64,000 bases of DNA. Source: Rebecca billardiae RCC1528. Taxonomy: Eukaryota > Protista > Haptophyta. The stretch is taken from assembly GCA_965240325.2 (NCBI GenBank), contig OZ251235.1, positions 1,116,001 through 1,180,000 of the forward strand, given 5' to 3'. The notes under the pieces were generated by a model. The model made no database searches and had not been told where the DNA came from. It worked only from the letters and a program-made list of their open reading frames with translations. The position numbers and the translations under genes are program-made. How positions within the stretch are numbered: the first letter of the stretch is position 1; the number at the start of each line of letters is the position of its first letter. Below are positions 11,115 through 24,028 of the stretch, piece by piece.

Positions 11115-14100
11115 TCAATACCCGCGTTCCAACGGCGGCGGCGCGGCTGCGGCGGACGCCCCTGCCGCCGTGGCCCCGCTGCTGTTGACGGCGCCGCCCG
11201 CCAGCGCGTGCTTGGCGGCTGATGCGGCGGCGCCGGCGCCCGCCTCCACCGCCGGCGGCAGATCCCAGCGCGCGCGCTCGGCGACGCCTCCGCCGTGCTT
11301 CCCGACGCCCATCAGCCAGACGAACGGCGCGAACCACATGTCGATGTCGAGGAAGTCCTGGAAGACATAGAGCGCGAGGATGGCCGTGAGCGGTACCCAC
11401 ATGACCCGGCGGCGCAGCGCGGAGAGCAGCATCGCGCCGAGCAGCATGAGGAGGATCGGGTGGCACAGAATGCCGTTGTTGATGGCGCGCGAGTCGGCCG
11501 TGTGCCACGAGCCGCCGGAGAGGTGGCGGAAGAAGGCGCCCGCCATCTCGGCGCACTGCGGGTGGCACACCGTGCACTTGCCCCACACGGCGGGCGGCAC
11601 GAGCGCGACCGACGGCTTGCCCCGGTAGTGCAGGAACGCGGACCACAGGAATGTCGGTCCGGTGGATGAGACGATCTCCATGTGTCGCGAGGCTTGGTAC
11701 CACGCGCGCGAGTACCGCTCGAGCTCCTTGATCACGAAGCCGAAGAACTCGTGGCCGGGCGTGCTCGCCATCACCGCGTTCGTGATGCCGATGTTGGGCG
11801 TGAGCGGGAGCAGCGCCTCGTGCCCTGCGGCGCGGCGCGCGGTCAGGCGCGGCGCGGCGCGGCTTGGATGAGCGCGCGCCGCGGCGACTCGGCACGCGGC
11901 GGCAGGGCGGGCTCGTCGCGCGCGCGCTCGCACACCCGCGCGCGCGCGCACCTGCGATCAGCCTGTCGATCGAGCGCGTGGAGACGATGTCGAGGTCCGC
12001 GTACACGCCGCCGTACCTGTGCAACAGAAAGTACCGCGAGGAGTCTGAGCGCTGGATGTTATGCGGGTAGCCATTGTAGATGGGAAGGAACCACGGGTAG
12101 TGCGTGGCGATGAGGCCGTGCAGCTCGTGGTCGGTCCACAGCATGTACTTGTACCCCGGGTTCATCCGCTGCCACGTCGCGGGCGTCTCCGCCCACGCCT
12201 CCGGCAGCGCCTCGTTCTTGTACATCTGGTGCACGATGAAGGGGATGCGGCGCTCGCACACGCCGCGCACGTCGTGGCACCAAAACTCGTGCTGCGTCCA
12301 CGCGTGCCGTTGCGTGTGCGCGTGGAGCACGCCGACGAGGACGAGGTACGTCGCGACCGCGCCCGCCAGCCCGACCGCGCCCGCGAGGCAGAGCATGCGC
12401 AGCGGGCGGCGGGAGCGGCGGAGCGGCGGCGCGACGCCGCCGCTCCCGGCCGCGCCCGCCGCCGCGCCCGCCGCCGCCAGAGCCTCTGGCAGCGACCCCG
12501 ACGACGGCAGTCGCCGATTGGGCGAAAGGGCGGCGGTGCGCGCGGCGCGCAGCAGCGTCGCGAGCACGCCGGCGCCGGAGGCGAGCCCGCGCCGCGCGCC
12601 CGCGAGCGGCGAGCCTGCGAGCGGGTCGCCGCGCGTCTGCGGCGCCATCGCCTCCACGCACCACGCCACTTGCATCAGGGCGATGGCGGGCATATACAAA
12701 AGGCAGCCGACGAGTAGCGGCACGGGTAAAGTGAGTAGCAGGGCGGCGTGCAGGCCGTGCGCGCACAGCCGGACGGCGAGCGGCGCGCGCGGCGCGGTCG
12801 AGCGCGCGCGCAGCGCGTGCAGCGCCACCGCCGCCGCCGACACCATCCGCACCAGCTGCAGCCAGTACAAGTTGTGCACGACGCGGTCCGCGCGCAAGCG
12901 CCTGGGCGGCCGGAGTCGGCCAAGGTCTATGCTCTCCCGGTAGTGGATGAGCATCCGCCGGCTGCGGCCGACGACGGTGTCGAGCGCGCCGCTCGGCACG
13001 GGGCCGTTGGAGGGGGAGCGCCGCCGCGGCGGCGAGCTCTCGTCCGCCGCGCCGTCCGCCCCCGCGGCGGCCGACGTCTCGGCGGAGCGGCCGGCGAGCG
13101 CGGCGCCGCCGCCCGCCGCGCCCACGCCCGCCGTCGGCGCGCCGCCGCCTTGGCCGAGCGGGTCGGCCGCCGCGCCGGCGGCGGCGGAACCGAAGCCCGC
13201 GGACGAGGCGAAGGGCGCGCTGATCGGCGGGAGCGCGCTCACCTCGCTCATCTCCGCCATCGCCTCCTTGTGCTCCTCCACCACGCGGAGGGGCGGCGAC
13301 GCGGGCGTGGCCGGCGTCGCGGGCGAACTCGAGCGAGTGCATGCGCGGCGCACCGAGCGGCGCGCGGCGCGCCGAAGGCGCTCGGTGAGCGCGCGGTCGC
13401 GCACGAGGGTGGAGACGGCGGAGTAGCAGCCGTCGACGTCGGCCGCCGCGCTCGGCACCGAGAGCACCGCGTCGGGCGCGGCGGTCACGCCGAGCTCGAC
13501 GAGGCGCGACGCCGCCTCCGCGTCGACCACCAGGGCGAGGCCGGACGAGAGGGCTCGCAGCAGGTGCATGCAGAATGGGTCCGTGACCGCCGGGCTGAGT
13601 AGCACGTCGCACGAGGCGAGCAGCACCTCGAGCGGCGCCACGACCGCGGGCGGGCGCTCCGCGGCACCACCGTCGAGCCCGCCGCCGCCGCCGCCGCCGC
13701 CCAGCAGGCCGGCGGTGCCGAGTGCGCTCGAGAGCCCGACGCCGACGCCGACGCCGCCCGCGCCGCCCGCGCCGCCCGCGCCGCCCGCGCCGCCGCCCAT
13801 GCCGCCCGCTACGCCGCCGATGCCGCCCAGCACAAAGTCGCTGACCTCGGGCGGGGGTCGCGGCGTGCGCACGCTCATCACGTCCTCGTCGTCCTGCGCG
13901 TCGCCCCATTGCCGCCGCGAGTCCTCGTCCGCCGCGTGCGCAATCGAGACCCGCGGCACCGCCGCGCGGAGCGCGTCCGCGTCCGCGCCCGCGCCGACGA
14001 CCACGCCCGCCACGGGCGCGTCGTCGACGTTGAGCCGCGCCATCACGTACGCCCACACGTCGGGCCCGGACTCCTGCCCCGCGGGCCCGAGCCAGAGCAC

Positions 14101-15027
14101 CAGCGTCGTCGCCTCGTCCCGCGCGCCCAGCGCCGCGCGCGTCCTCGCGCACCGCCGCCTCGGGTGGAACCGATCTGGGTCGACCGCGCCACCCCACACG
14201 TCCAGCTCGCTCACGCCGCGCTCGCCGTAGCCCGAGAGCCAGAGCTCGTGCTGCGCGGCGGCGGAGGCGACGAAGATGCGCGGCACCTGCACGTAGAAGT
14301 TGTGCAGGTACCGCTCGTACATGAACAGCAGGATCGCGCCGGGCGGGCCGCTCGAGAGCGCGAGCGAGCGCAGCTGCGCGTGCAGCTCGCCGTGGAAGGT
14401 GGCCATCACGGGCACCTTGTGCGCGCGCGCCCACTGCAGCGCGTGGAGCGAGAGGAAGCACGGCTCGGTGAGGTGGATCACCTCGGGGCGGAAGTCCTCG
14501 AGCTCCTCCAGCAGCGACGCGTCCAGTCCGGGGCAGAACCGGTACCCATGCTCGTGCAGGTACGGCAGCTCGACGCCGCGCGCGAGCACGACCGCGTTCG
14601 ACGACGCAAACGCGGAGTACACGCTGCCCGTCTCGTCGAGCTCGTCGGCGCCGTCGTCGTACGGCGGCTCGACCGTGAACACGCGCCACACCACGTTGCA
14701 GTGCGCGCGGAAGAAGGCGATCAGCTCGCGCACGGCGACGGCGCTGCTGCCCTCGCTCACGAGGAAGCTCGGGGTGAAGATGGCGACGCGCATGAGCTCG
14801 CCGGAGGGCGACATCGGCGTGTCCGTCATGTCGTACACGAGCGGGCGGAGCGCCGCGATCGAGTCGCTCGACTCGTCAAACCCCAGGTCGTCGCTGCCCG
14901 TGAGGCGCGAGCCCGAGCGCGTCAGGCCGAGCGGCGGCGGCCGCTCCGACTCGAGCGGCTCCGTGGCGTAGCCGCCGCGCTCCTCGACGGAGAGCGCGCG
15001 CGCGCGGTGCAGGGCGAAGGTGTCCAT
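11115..15027 (-). CDS. Two-domain glycosyltransferase: N-terminal GT4 (SQD2/MgtA-like GT-B), TMs, C-terminal GT32 (SUR1/CSH1/Och1-like DxD)
   Basis: GT4: MRVAIFT, EDFRPEVIHLTEP, KVPVMATFHG, AVDPDRFHPRRR. GT32: IPFIVHQMYK, YKYMLWTD, RSDSSRYFLLHRYGGVYADLD, NAVMASTPGHEFF, STGPTFL. One intron at 11825-11951. Confidence 0.85.
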
Positions 15028-15856
15028 GCGTACGATCGGCCCACCCGCGCCGGCGCAGCTGCGCCGTCCCCGGCGCGCCCGGCAGTCAGCGCGCGCGCCG
15101 CTGCCCCCTGCGTTGCCTTTCGCCCCGCCGACGCCTTGCCAGCAGCGGTGAGGTTCGTCACTGCTTTTCGACGACGAATAATCGCGGGAAAATCCTAGAC
15201 GATTCATTTTCTCTCGCGATGCCATTTTCATCGTCGTCATCATTGGCTCCTCATCGATCGTACGTCGGGCAGACTCCGCATCAGGCTGTACAGTGGGACG
15301 TTACAGTTTACTATGTTTTAACGTGCACACTTGGTTAAGGCGTGATTGACGCCATCCAACACTACAGTGCCCTCACTGTTGCCGGCATTTGATTGTCTCG
15401 CCACACTGCAGACGATCGACTGTGACGCCATCAGCAAGGGCGGGGACGGACTGCTGGATCGGATTGCCGCCATCCGTGCCGCTGATGGACCGAGTCAAAT
15501 CGGGCGCGCATCGCGCCCGCACTCGCAGATCGACGGAACGAATAATCGACGATCGTCAGCAATCGGCGTGTCGTCGTATCTGTCGTAATGTCGTAATGAG
15601 ATTGAGACGCGACGTATATATATAGCTATCTGACAACGGCACATATCGAACTGCGCGCGGCGCCGCGGCGGCAGAGAGCACTCGGCACGCACTGGGACCG
15701 CACTCAGCACTGTGGCTGCGCTGTCGTCGTCACAAATGCTCAGCGGGCAACCACCCGCCCTGCGCCCCAGGATACGGCGACCATCACTCACCGCATCGCG
15801 CTGGCCACCGCCGCCGTCCCAGGTGACGGCTGACGCGGTGGTGGCACGTCGGTCAG

Positions 15857-16526
15857 TCAGTCGGCGCCGCCAGCGGCGCCGTTGCCGGTGTTGCTCGGAT
15901 CGACCGGCTCGGCGAGCAGCGAGGCGATGTTCTGAATGACCGCGTCCTCCGTCGCGGCCTGGCCGCCCTCGTCCGTGCGCCCGCCGCCGTCCGCGCTGTC
16001 GTCCTCCTCCTCCGCGTCCGCGGCCTCGGCCCCGCCCGCCCCGCCCCGCCGGCGGCGCGCGCCGCGCCGCATCTGCTGCCGCTGCCGCATCTTCGCCTCC
16101 AGCAGGCCGTTGAGCTGGTTGCGCAGCGTCTTGAAGAGCACGGCGGTGCGCGGGTTGGCAGCGATCTTGACCCACTTGTCCACGACGACGATGTGCTCGC
16201 GGTGCTGCACGTCGACGTGCAAAGCAAACAGCAGGATGGCGTGCAGCGGCACCGTCGAGCAGTCGCGGATGAACACGCGCGACGTGCGCACCTTGTCGTG
16301 GTACACGAGCCAGTCTGTCTCGAAGTGGTCGCGCCGGTGGTTGCTGCTCGCCGGGTGGATCGTCACCTCGCCCGACTTCTCGACGAAGCGCGCGCGGCCC
16401 ACGCCCTTCCCGCCCACGCCGTACTCGATGTGAACGACGTTGGGATAGAGGCCCGCGCACAGCACCGCGCGGACCAGCCCCATGTTGAATGCGTTACGGT
16501 TGGACGCGTCGCGCGCCCAGTCGGCC

Positions 16527-16557
<31 letters not shown>

Positions 16558-19500
16558 GCTCGGCGCGCGCCGGCCGGTCGACGAATCCGGTGGCCATCAG
16601 CAGCTGGCGGAACGAGCGCATCATCTCGGAGAGCATACGCATCGTCTGCGCCGAGACGAAGAATCGCTCGCACCAGCGCTGCGCGGCGCGCGCGCCCTGC
16701 TCGCGCCCAATCGCCTGCCACTCGCGGTACGCGTCCCAGACGGCGAGGTGGTCGGAGCGGTGCGGCCGGCAGAAGCGCTCGTGCGCCATCCGCGCCTGGT
16801 CGCGCATGCCGAACGGCTGCACCAGCGGCGACTTGTACGAGAGCGACGCTGCGATGCACAGCACCGGGTCCAGCGCGCGGAAGACCGCGCCGAACAGGAT
16901 CATCTTCCCGAGCCGCACGTCGACTGGCAGGCCGGCGAGGTGGTGGCCGAGCGGGGTGAGCGCCTCGGAGGGGCCCTCGCGCACCGCGCCCATCTCGATC
17001 AGGTTGGCGAGCGCCGAGTCGATCGCCTTGGGCTCGGGCGGCTGCACGGCGGCGGAGAGCAAGCTGCGCACGCCGCCGCCGCTCGCAAAGTGCGCGCTCA
17101 GCGCAACGCACGCCTGCACACGCGCACACGCGCCGCGCGCGCGCGGCGGGACCGGGTGCGCGCACGGAGAGCGGGGGGGCGGGCGCGACGCGGTGAGCGG
17201 CACCGGGGGTGGATCGGGCGAGCCGCGAGCGGGCGTCGCAGCCGGTTGGCTGGCGGCGCGTGCCGCCCGCGGCGACGTGCTCGGTGGCGGCGGCGCTCCC
17301 TCCCTGCCTGCGTGCGCGCGCGTGCAGCGCTGCAGCGCGCACACACCTTGAGCTGAAGCACCACCTCCTCCAGCGGCAGCCGCTGCAGCTCGGGCACGCG
17401 GTGCTGCTTCATCAGCCGCAGCGCGCGGTACTTGGTGTACAGCAGGAACGCATGGCCCGCGCGCACGCGGCCCGCGCGGCCGCAGCGCTGCCGTGTGTTC
17501 TCCGTCGAGACCCAAACCTCCTGCAGCGTGGTCATCCGCTTGCGCTTGTCGTACGCCGTCTCCTTCACGCGGCCCGAGTCGATCACGAACTCGACGTCGT
17601 CGACGGTGATCGACGTCTCGGCGATGTTCGTCGTGAGCACCACCTTGCGAACGCCGTGCGGCGCGTGCCTGAACACCTGCGCCTGCTCCGCTGACGAGAG
17701 AGACGAGTGAAGCGGCAACACCCAGAAGCGCCCGCCGGACGCGAAGTCGCGCCGCGCGGCGAGGCTGTCGTACAGCGTCTGGATCTCGCCCAGCCCGGGC
17801 AGGAAGACGAGCACCGCGCCCTTCGACTCGTACGCGCCGTCCAGCCACAGCAGCAGGTCCTGCGCACGCACGCGCGCACACGCGCGGCGCGAGCGCGCGG
17901 CGCGAGCGCGCGTGAGAGCGCGCGGCGCGGTTCGCGGTGCGCGCGTGCATGAGAGAGGATCGGCGCGCGCGCGCGCTCGGCTGCGCGGCGCCGATCGCGG
18001 GCGACGCCGACGGCCCGCGCGCCCTCGCGAGCAGAGAGAGCAGCGCAGCGCAGCGCAGCGCGCGCGCACCTCGATCAGGTCGTAGTTGATCTTGTCCTCG
18101 GCGCACCGCTTGATGGACGCACTCACGTGAGGCGCGTACTGCTCAAAGCGCGCGCCCTCGTCCCACGACTCGGAGACGAGCGCGCCGCCCGCCTCGTCCG
18201 GGTCGTCCCAGAGGACGCGCTGCGTGCTGCTGCGCCCGCCCACGGTCGTCACGTTGAGCGAGGCCGAGTGCGTCGGGCCCTGCGCGGCCTGCAGCGCGCA
18301 CGGCGAGCCCGGTACTATCTGGTGGCCTGTCGCCTCGAGCACGTCCTCCAGGTAGTGGGAGGCGACCGGAAAAGTCCGGCCCTCGATCCCAACCGCCGGG
18401 CAGCCGTCGAAGTAGCCCGAGAAGAGGTCGAGCGCCATCGTCGCCGACATGAGCACGACGCGCAGGTGCGGGCACGCGGGCAGCAGCAGCTTGAGCAGCA
18501 GCAGCAACAGGTCCGTTTGCATGTCGCGCTCATGGACCTCGTCGACGATGATGTACGACGCGCGCACTGGCTCGTCGCCCGCGCAGAGCATGCGCAGCAG
18601 CACGCCCGTCGTGCAGAAGAGCATCCGCGTGTCCGCCGAGCGGCACGCCTCCAGCCGCACGTGGTACCCGATGGCGCAGCCCGGCGAGCCCGGCGCGCCC
18701 TCGCCGCGCTCAGCGGCCACGCGCTCGGCCACGGAGATGGCCGCGATCCGCCGCGGCTGCGTGCAGATGATGGAGCACTGCGAGCCGCGCCCGGACTCGA
18801 TCTCGTGGTCGAGCACGTACTGCGGCACCTGCGTCGTCTTACCCGAGCCCGTGGCGCCCGAGACGAGCACGACGCGATGGCCGTCCTCCAGCAACCGAAG
18901 CAGCTCGGCGCGCTGGCCCGCCGCGGGCAGCGCCGCGCGCTCGGCTCGCATCGGCTCGAGCGCCGGAGCCGAGAGGTAGCGCTCGCGCGCGCGGAGCAGC
19001 GCGTCGTCCACGCGCGCGTCCGGGCGCAGCGGCGCAAACGCGGCGCGCGCCGGCCGCGCCGTGTCCTCCTCCGCCTCGGGCGGCGGCGGCGCGGCGGCGG
19101 CGCGGCCCGAGCCCGCGGCCGCGGCCTGCGCGCTGCCGCCCGCGCCGCCAGCGCCGCCCGCGCCCGCCGCCGCGCAGCTCGGCACGGCTGCGCCGCCGCG
19201 CTCGTCGGCCTCGTCGCCGTCGGCCGCGCCGCCCGTGTACTGCTGCAGGAACTGCTCGCGCGACTCCTCCTGCTGCGCCTTCACCTCGCGCTCGGCGCGC
19301 GCGTCGCTCGCGCGCCAGTGCAGCCACATCGCGCGGTACGCCGGGTGCATCGTGTGATACAGCGGCACTGAGCCGCACAGCTGGTACAGCGCGAAAGTCG
19401 AGACGGCGTGCTGCGCCGTGTTGCCGTCGTTGAAGTAGGTCGGGTTGCCGCGCTCGGCGGGCAGCTCGAAGGTGCGCTCGCCCATCCGCAGGGAGGCGCG

Positions 19501-20111
19501 GAAGCACGGCGCGCCCGTCGTGAGCACGAAGCTCGGCTTGGGCAGCGAGTGCTTCGTCGCCCATTCGTGCAGCAACGACTTCGGCGACTTGCCCAGCCAG
19601 CTCTTCAGAGAGTACTCGCCTGGGTCGCTCGGCGGCGGCGCCGCCGCGTCCTCCGCGGCCGCGGCCGCGGCCGCGGCCGCCGCGGCCGCGGTGGACGCCA
19701 CTTTGCGCTGCTCGCGCCGGTTGGCCACCTTGGCTTTCTTGCCACTCGCCGCCGGGCCAGTGGCGGGCGTCGGCGCGGCCGCGCCCGGGTCCGCGGCCGC
19801 CGCAGCGGCCGGCGCGTCGGCGGCGCTCGAGCTTGGCGCGCTCGGCTGCGCGGCGCCCGCGGCGCCGCCGCCCGCGGCGGCGCCACCGCCGCCCGCCGCC
19901 GCCGCCGCCGCGCTTGGCACCTCCGCCGTGCTGCCCTCCGCCGCGCCGCTCTCCGCCGCGCCGCCGTCCGCCGCACCGCTCGGCTTGCGCACAACAGACT
20001 GCGTCGCGTACCGGGCGAGGATGGCCTCCTTGCTCTGCGAGGCAGCCGCGGCCTTTTTCGACGACGCGCCCGCGCGCTTGCGCCGGCCTCGAGAGCTGTC
20101 GCCGGCGCTGC

Positions 20112-20142
<31 letters not shown>

Positions 20143-21912
20143 GCCGCCGGGCGCGCCGTCAGCGCCCGGGCTGGCGCTCGAATCGGCGGCGCCATCGGAG
20201 CCGGTCGGATGCAGCCCAGCGGCGGCGGAGGCGGCGCGCTCGCCCTCCGCCTCCGTCACGGCTGCCACCGCCGACGCCACCGCGGCGGCAGCGGCTGGCG
20301 CGGGCGGCGCGGGCGCGGCACTCTGCGCTGCTCGCTCCTCGACGGCGGCGGCACGAGGTGCGGCGGGCTCGCTGGGCGGACGCGCCGGCACGGGCGCATC
20401 TGCCGCCTCGTCCTCGTCCCACGACTCAGGGACCGGCCCGACCGCAGCCGGCGCGCTAGCTGCGGAGGCGGCCGGAGCGGGAGCACTCGGCGGCGCGGCA
20501 GAGGCGACTGTCGCCTCCACGCTCTCGCCCTGACCACGTGCCGCCTCCGCGCTGCCGCCCTGCGCAGACGCCGCGGGCTGGCCACTGGGCGGCACCGGCG
20601 CCGCCGCCGGTGCCCTGGGCGCGCTGACAACGGCCGATGGCTCGCACGCGCTCGCGCTCGCGCCTGAAGGCTCCTCGGCTTCGAAGAGCCCCGGCACAGC
20701 CACCGCGTCCTCCTCCTCCTCCGCCGCCTCCTCCTCCTCCGCCGCCGCCTTCGCCCCCTTTGCCTGCGCAGCAGCCGGCATGGCGGAGGTGGCACTCACA
20801 GCTGTCACCACAGCTGATGGCTGCAGTGCGGCCGGCGGGCCCGCCCCGCCGGTGGCGGTGCTGGGCGGCGCGGCGGCCGCCGCCTGCTGCTCGCGGCGGC
20901 GCGCGCGCAGCCGGCTCGCCGCGCCGCCGCCCGACTTCTCCGCCGCCTTGAGCAGGTGCCCGTACTTTTGAGGGTCGACCGCTGCCAGCGCCTGAGACAC
21001 CTCCTCCGGCAGATCGTCCGCGCCGCCGCGCCCGCCGCGCGCCGAGAGGCCGCGCGCGCCCTTGCCGGCCTTCTTGGCGCGCTTCTTGCGCTCGTCCTGG
21101 AAGCCGAACAGGAGCGGCCTGAGCTGCGCCACGTGCTCGCGCAGCTTGCGCAGCTCGCGAGGGTCCGCACGCGTGCGCTCGGCACCGTCGTCGTCGCGGT
21201 CGCCGTCGCCGCCGCCCGCCGCGGCCGCGTCGGCCGCCTCCAGCGCCCGCAGCTCGCGGATCTTGCGCAGCAGCACGTTGGCCACGTCGAGCTCGCCGAG
21301 CTCCGACAGGTCAATGATCCCGAGCTCGTCCGTCAGCTCCTCCGACTCCTGATCCAGGTCCTCCAGCTTGCGCGCGCGCTCGCGCAGCCAGCGCGCCGCC
21401 TCTTGCTGCTCCGCCTCCGCCTTCTCGCGACGCTCCTCCTCCGTGATGGTGCGCACGTCGGCGAGCGCGATGGGCGGCGCGTCGGCGCGCGCGCCCTGCG
21501 GCGCCTCGCCCGACTCGGCGGGCGGCGCCTGCTCGGCGCGCTTCACAAGCTCGACGCGCGGCCGGTTCGAGGTCGGCTTGGCGCTGGTCGTTGCGTCCTC
21601 GGCGGTGCGCACGCGGCCGAGGCCCTTGCCGCGGAGCGAGTTGGGGAGCGAGTGCTCGTCGAGGTAGAGGCAGCACCAGTCCATCGCGTCGGACAGCGTG
21701 GGCGGCGAGGGCAGCTCGGACAGGCAGCGCTCGATGTCCGGCACGGCCATCCCCTCGCGCAGCAGCGCCTCGTACAGCTGGCGCAGCTTACCCACGTGCT
21801 TCGCGCCGCCGCCCGCCGACGCGCCCGGCGCGGGCTGCGGCGCATCACTCGCGAGCTGCTGGACCGTCGCAACGAGCAGCTTCTCCTGCTCGGAGGACAG
21901 CTTCAGGCTCAT
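15857..21912 (-). CDS. DExH-box RNA helicase, DHX29/DHX57-like
   Basis: GATGSGKTTQVPQ, TQPRRIAAISVAERVA, DEVHER, MSAT, TNIAETSITVDD, QRCGRAGR, HA2 (LTPLGHHLAGLPVDVRLGKM), OB_NTP_bind (IHPASSN...LVYHDKVRT). The N-terminal DWCCLYL and the dsRBD-like PKSLLHEW match this group. Introns at 17860-18069 and 17114-17346. Confidence 0.9.
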
Positions 21913-22139
21913 CGTCCGCGCGTCGTCGCTCCGTCGTCGTCGTCGTCGTCGTCGTCGTTGGGCGTATCAGGGCGCGGGCGGGCTTTCTGCGGCTCCGCGT
22001 GCTGGCGCCTGGCGGGCGGCCAGTGCATCCGAGGTTCGGACTTTGCTGGGCCTGGTCCGGATTATTTTCATCACGGGCTCGCTCATGAACACCCACGAAC
22101 AGGTACCTGATCCTCAGTCCTCACCGTGCCCACAGGTGG

Positions 22140-23834
22140 GTGCGCGACCTCCCTTGGGAGCGCAGCGGAGCCTCATCACTGGCCAGCACGGCCGACCTGA
22201 AGCACCGGAAGTGTGATCACGCCAGCTGCACGAAGCCCAGCTGCACGAAGCGGCCTTTGTTCGGCATGCCCGGCGAGACGCGCGTCAGCCGGTGCGCTAC
22301 GCACAAGCTGGCTGGCATGGTGGATTTGAAGCACCCCAAGTGTGATCACACCGACTGCACCAAGCGGCCTTCGTTCGGCATGCCGGGCGACGCGCGCGCC
22401 AGCCGGTGTACTGCGCACAAGCTGGCTGGCATGGTGGATTTGAAGCACGCCAAGTGTGATCATACCGACTGCACCAAGTGCCCTTCGTTTGGCATGCCGG
22501 GCGACGCGCGCGCCAGCCGGTGTACTGCGCACAAGCTGGCCGGCATGGTCGATTTGAAGCACCCCAAGTGTGATCACACCGACTGCACCAAGCGGCCTTC
22601 GTTCGGCATGCCGGGCGACGCGCGCGCCAGCCGGTGCGCTACGCACAAGCTGGCTGGCATGGTGGATTTGAAGCACCCCAAGTGTGATCACACCGACTGC
22701 ACCAAGCGGCCTTCGTTCGGCATGCCGGGCGACGCGCGCGCCAGCCGGTGTACTGCGCACAAGCTGGCTGGCATGGTGGATTTGAAGAGCGCCAAGTGTG
22801 ATCATACCGACTGCACCAAGTGCCCTTCGTTTGGCATGCCGGGCGACGCGCGCGCCAGCCGGTGCGCTGCGCACAAGCTGGCTGGCATGGTGGATTTGAA
22901 GAGCAGCAAGTGTGATCATACCGGCTGCACCAAGCAGCCTTCGTTCGGCATGCCGGGCGACGCGCGCGCCAGCCGGTGTACTGCGCACAAGCTGGCTGGC
23001 ATGGTGGATTTGAAGCACGCCAACTGTGATCATACCGACTGCACCAAGTGCCCTTCGTTTGGCATGCCGGGCGACGCGCGCGCCAGCCGGTGTACTGCGC
23101 ACAAGCTGGCCGGCATGGTCGATTTGAAGAGCGCCAAGTGTGATCATACCGACTGCACCAAGTGCCCTTCGTTTGGCATGCCGGGCGACGCGCGCGCCAG
23201 CCGGTGTACTGCGCACAAGCTGGCCGGCATGGTGGATTTGAAGCACGCCAACTGTGATCATACCGACTGCACCAAGTGCCCTTCGTTTGGCATGCCGGGC
23301 GACGCGCGCGCCAGCCGGTGTACTGCGCACAAGCTGGCCGGCATGGTCGATTTGAAGAGCGCCAAGTGTGATCACGCCGGCTGCACCACACATCCTTCGT
23401 TCGGCATGCCGGGCGACGCGCGCGTCAGCCGGTGCGTTACGCACAAGCTGGCCGGCATGGTGGATTTGAAGCGCGCCAAGTGTGATCGCAACGACTGCAC
23501 CAAGTGCCCTTCGTTTGGCGTGCCGGGCGACGCGTGCGCCAGCCGGTGCGCTACGCACAAGCTGGCTGGCATGAAGCGCCTCCAGCTGAGTCGTGTGCAC
23601 AAGCGCGGGCTGGAGCAAGACATGAGCACCAACAAATCGAGCGCCGCCAAGCGCCAGCGGAAGCGCACCAGCAGCGCAGCCACTGCCTCGCCTTCGGACA
23701 TAGCAGCGCAGCCGCGGGACTCGCACCTGCTGACGCCGCTGGTCCGAGTGGTTGTGACAGCCCGCGTCGGAACGCCGCCGCCGCATGTACCTGTGGTGAT
23801 GGCCAGACGGGTGACGGCTAAAACACGGAGCTAG
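22140..23834 (+). CDS. EsV-1-7-type cysteine-rich repeat protein (12 x 38-aa C-x4-C-x16-C-x2-H units) with basic C-terminal NLS-like motif; start uncertain
   Basis: Unit KCDHTDCTKRPSFGMPGDARASRCTAHKLAGMVDLKHP fits the EsV-1-7 pattern C...C.K.P.FG..G.....C..H...GMV; tail AKRQRKR. First in-frame ATG at 22266. Confidence 0.75.
   Translation: MRDLPWERSGASSLASTADLKHRKCDHASCTKPSCTKRPLFGMPGETRVSRCATHKLAGMVDLKHPKCDHTDCTKRPSFGMPGDARASRCTAHKLAGMVDLKHAKCDHTDCTKCPSFGMPGDARASRCTAHKLAGMVDLKHPKCDHTDCTKRPSFGMPGDARASRCATHKLAGMVDLKHPKCDHTDCTKRPSFGMPGDARASRCTAHKLAGMVDLKSAKCDHTDCTKCPSFGMPGDARASRCAAHKLAGMVDLKSSKCDHTGCTKQPSFGMPGDARASRCTAHKLAGMVDLKHANCDHTDCTKCPSFGMPGDARASRCTAHKLAGMVDLKSAKCDHTDCTKCPSFGMPGDARASRCTAHKLAGMVDLKHANCDHTDCTKCPSFGMPGDARASRCTAHKLAGMVDLKSAKCDHAGCTTHPSFGMPGDARVSRCVTHKLAGMVDLKRAKCDRNDCTKCPSFGVPGDACASRCATHKLAGMKRLQLSRVHKRGLEQDMSTNKSSAAKRQRKRTSSAATASPSDIAAQPRDSHLLTPLVRVVVTARVGTPPPHVPVVMARRVTAKTRS
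22209..23573 (+). repeat. 114-bp coding tandem repeat, 12 copies
   Basis: Units start at 22338, 22452, ... with 114-bp periodicity and near identity. The first unit carries a 15-bp internal duplication. Confidence 0.95.
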
Positions 23835-23904
23835 GCTCTGAGCTGTCAGCTAGGCTTCTTTCTGATGCCTGCTAGAATCCGTAGCAGCGCTGCAGCGCTC
23901 CGCC

Positions 23905-24028
<124 letters not shown>

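Noticed and set aside
22209-23573. Regular repeats as a CRISPR array
   Set aside because: No unique spacers; the units are contiguous, in-frame and coding; no cas genes; eukaryotic context.
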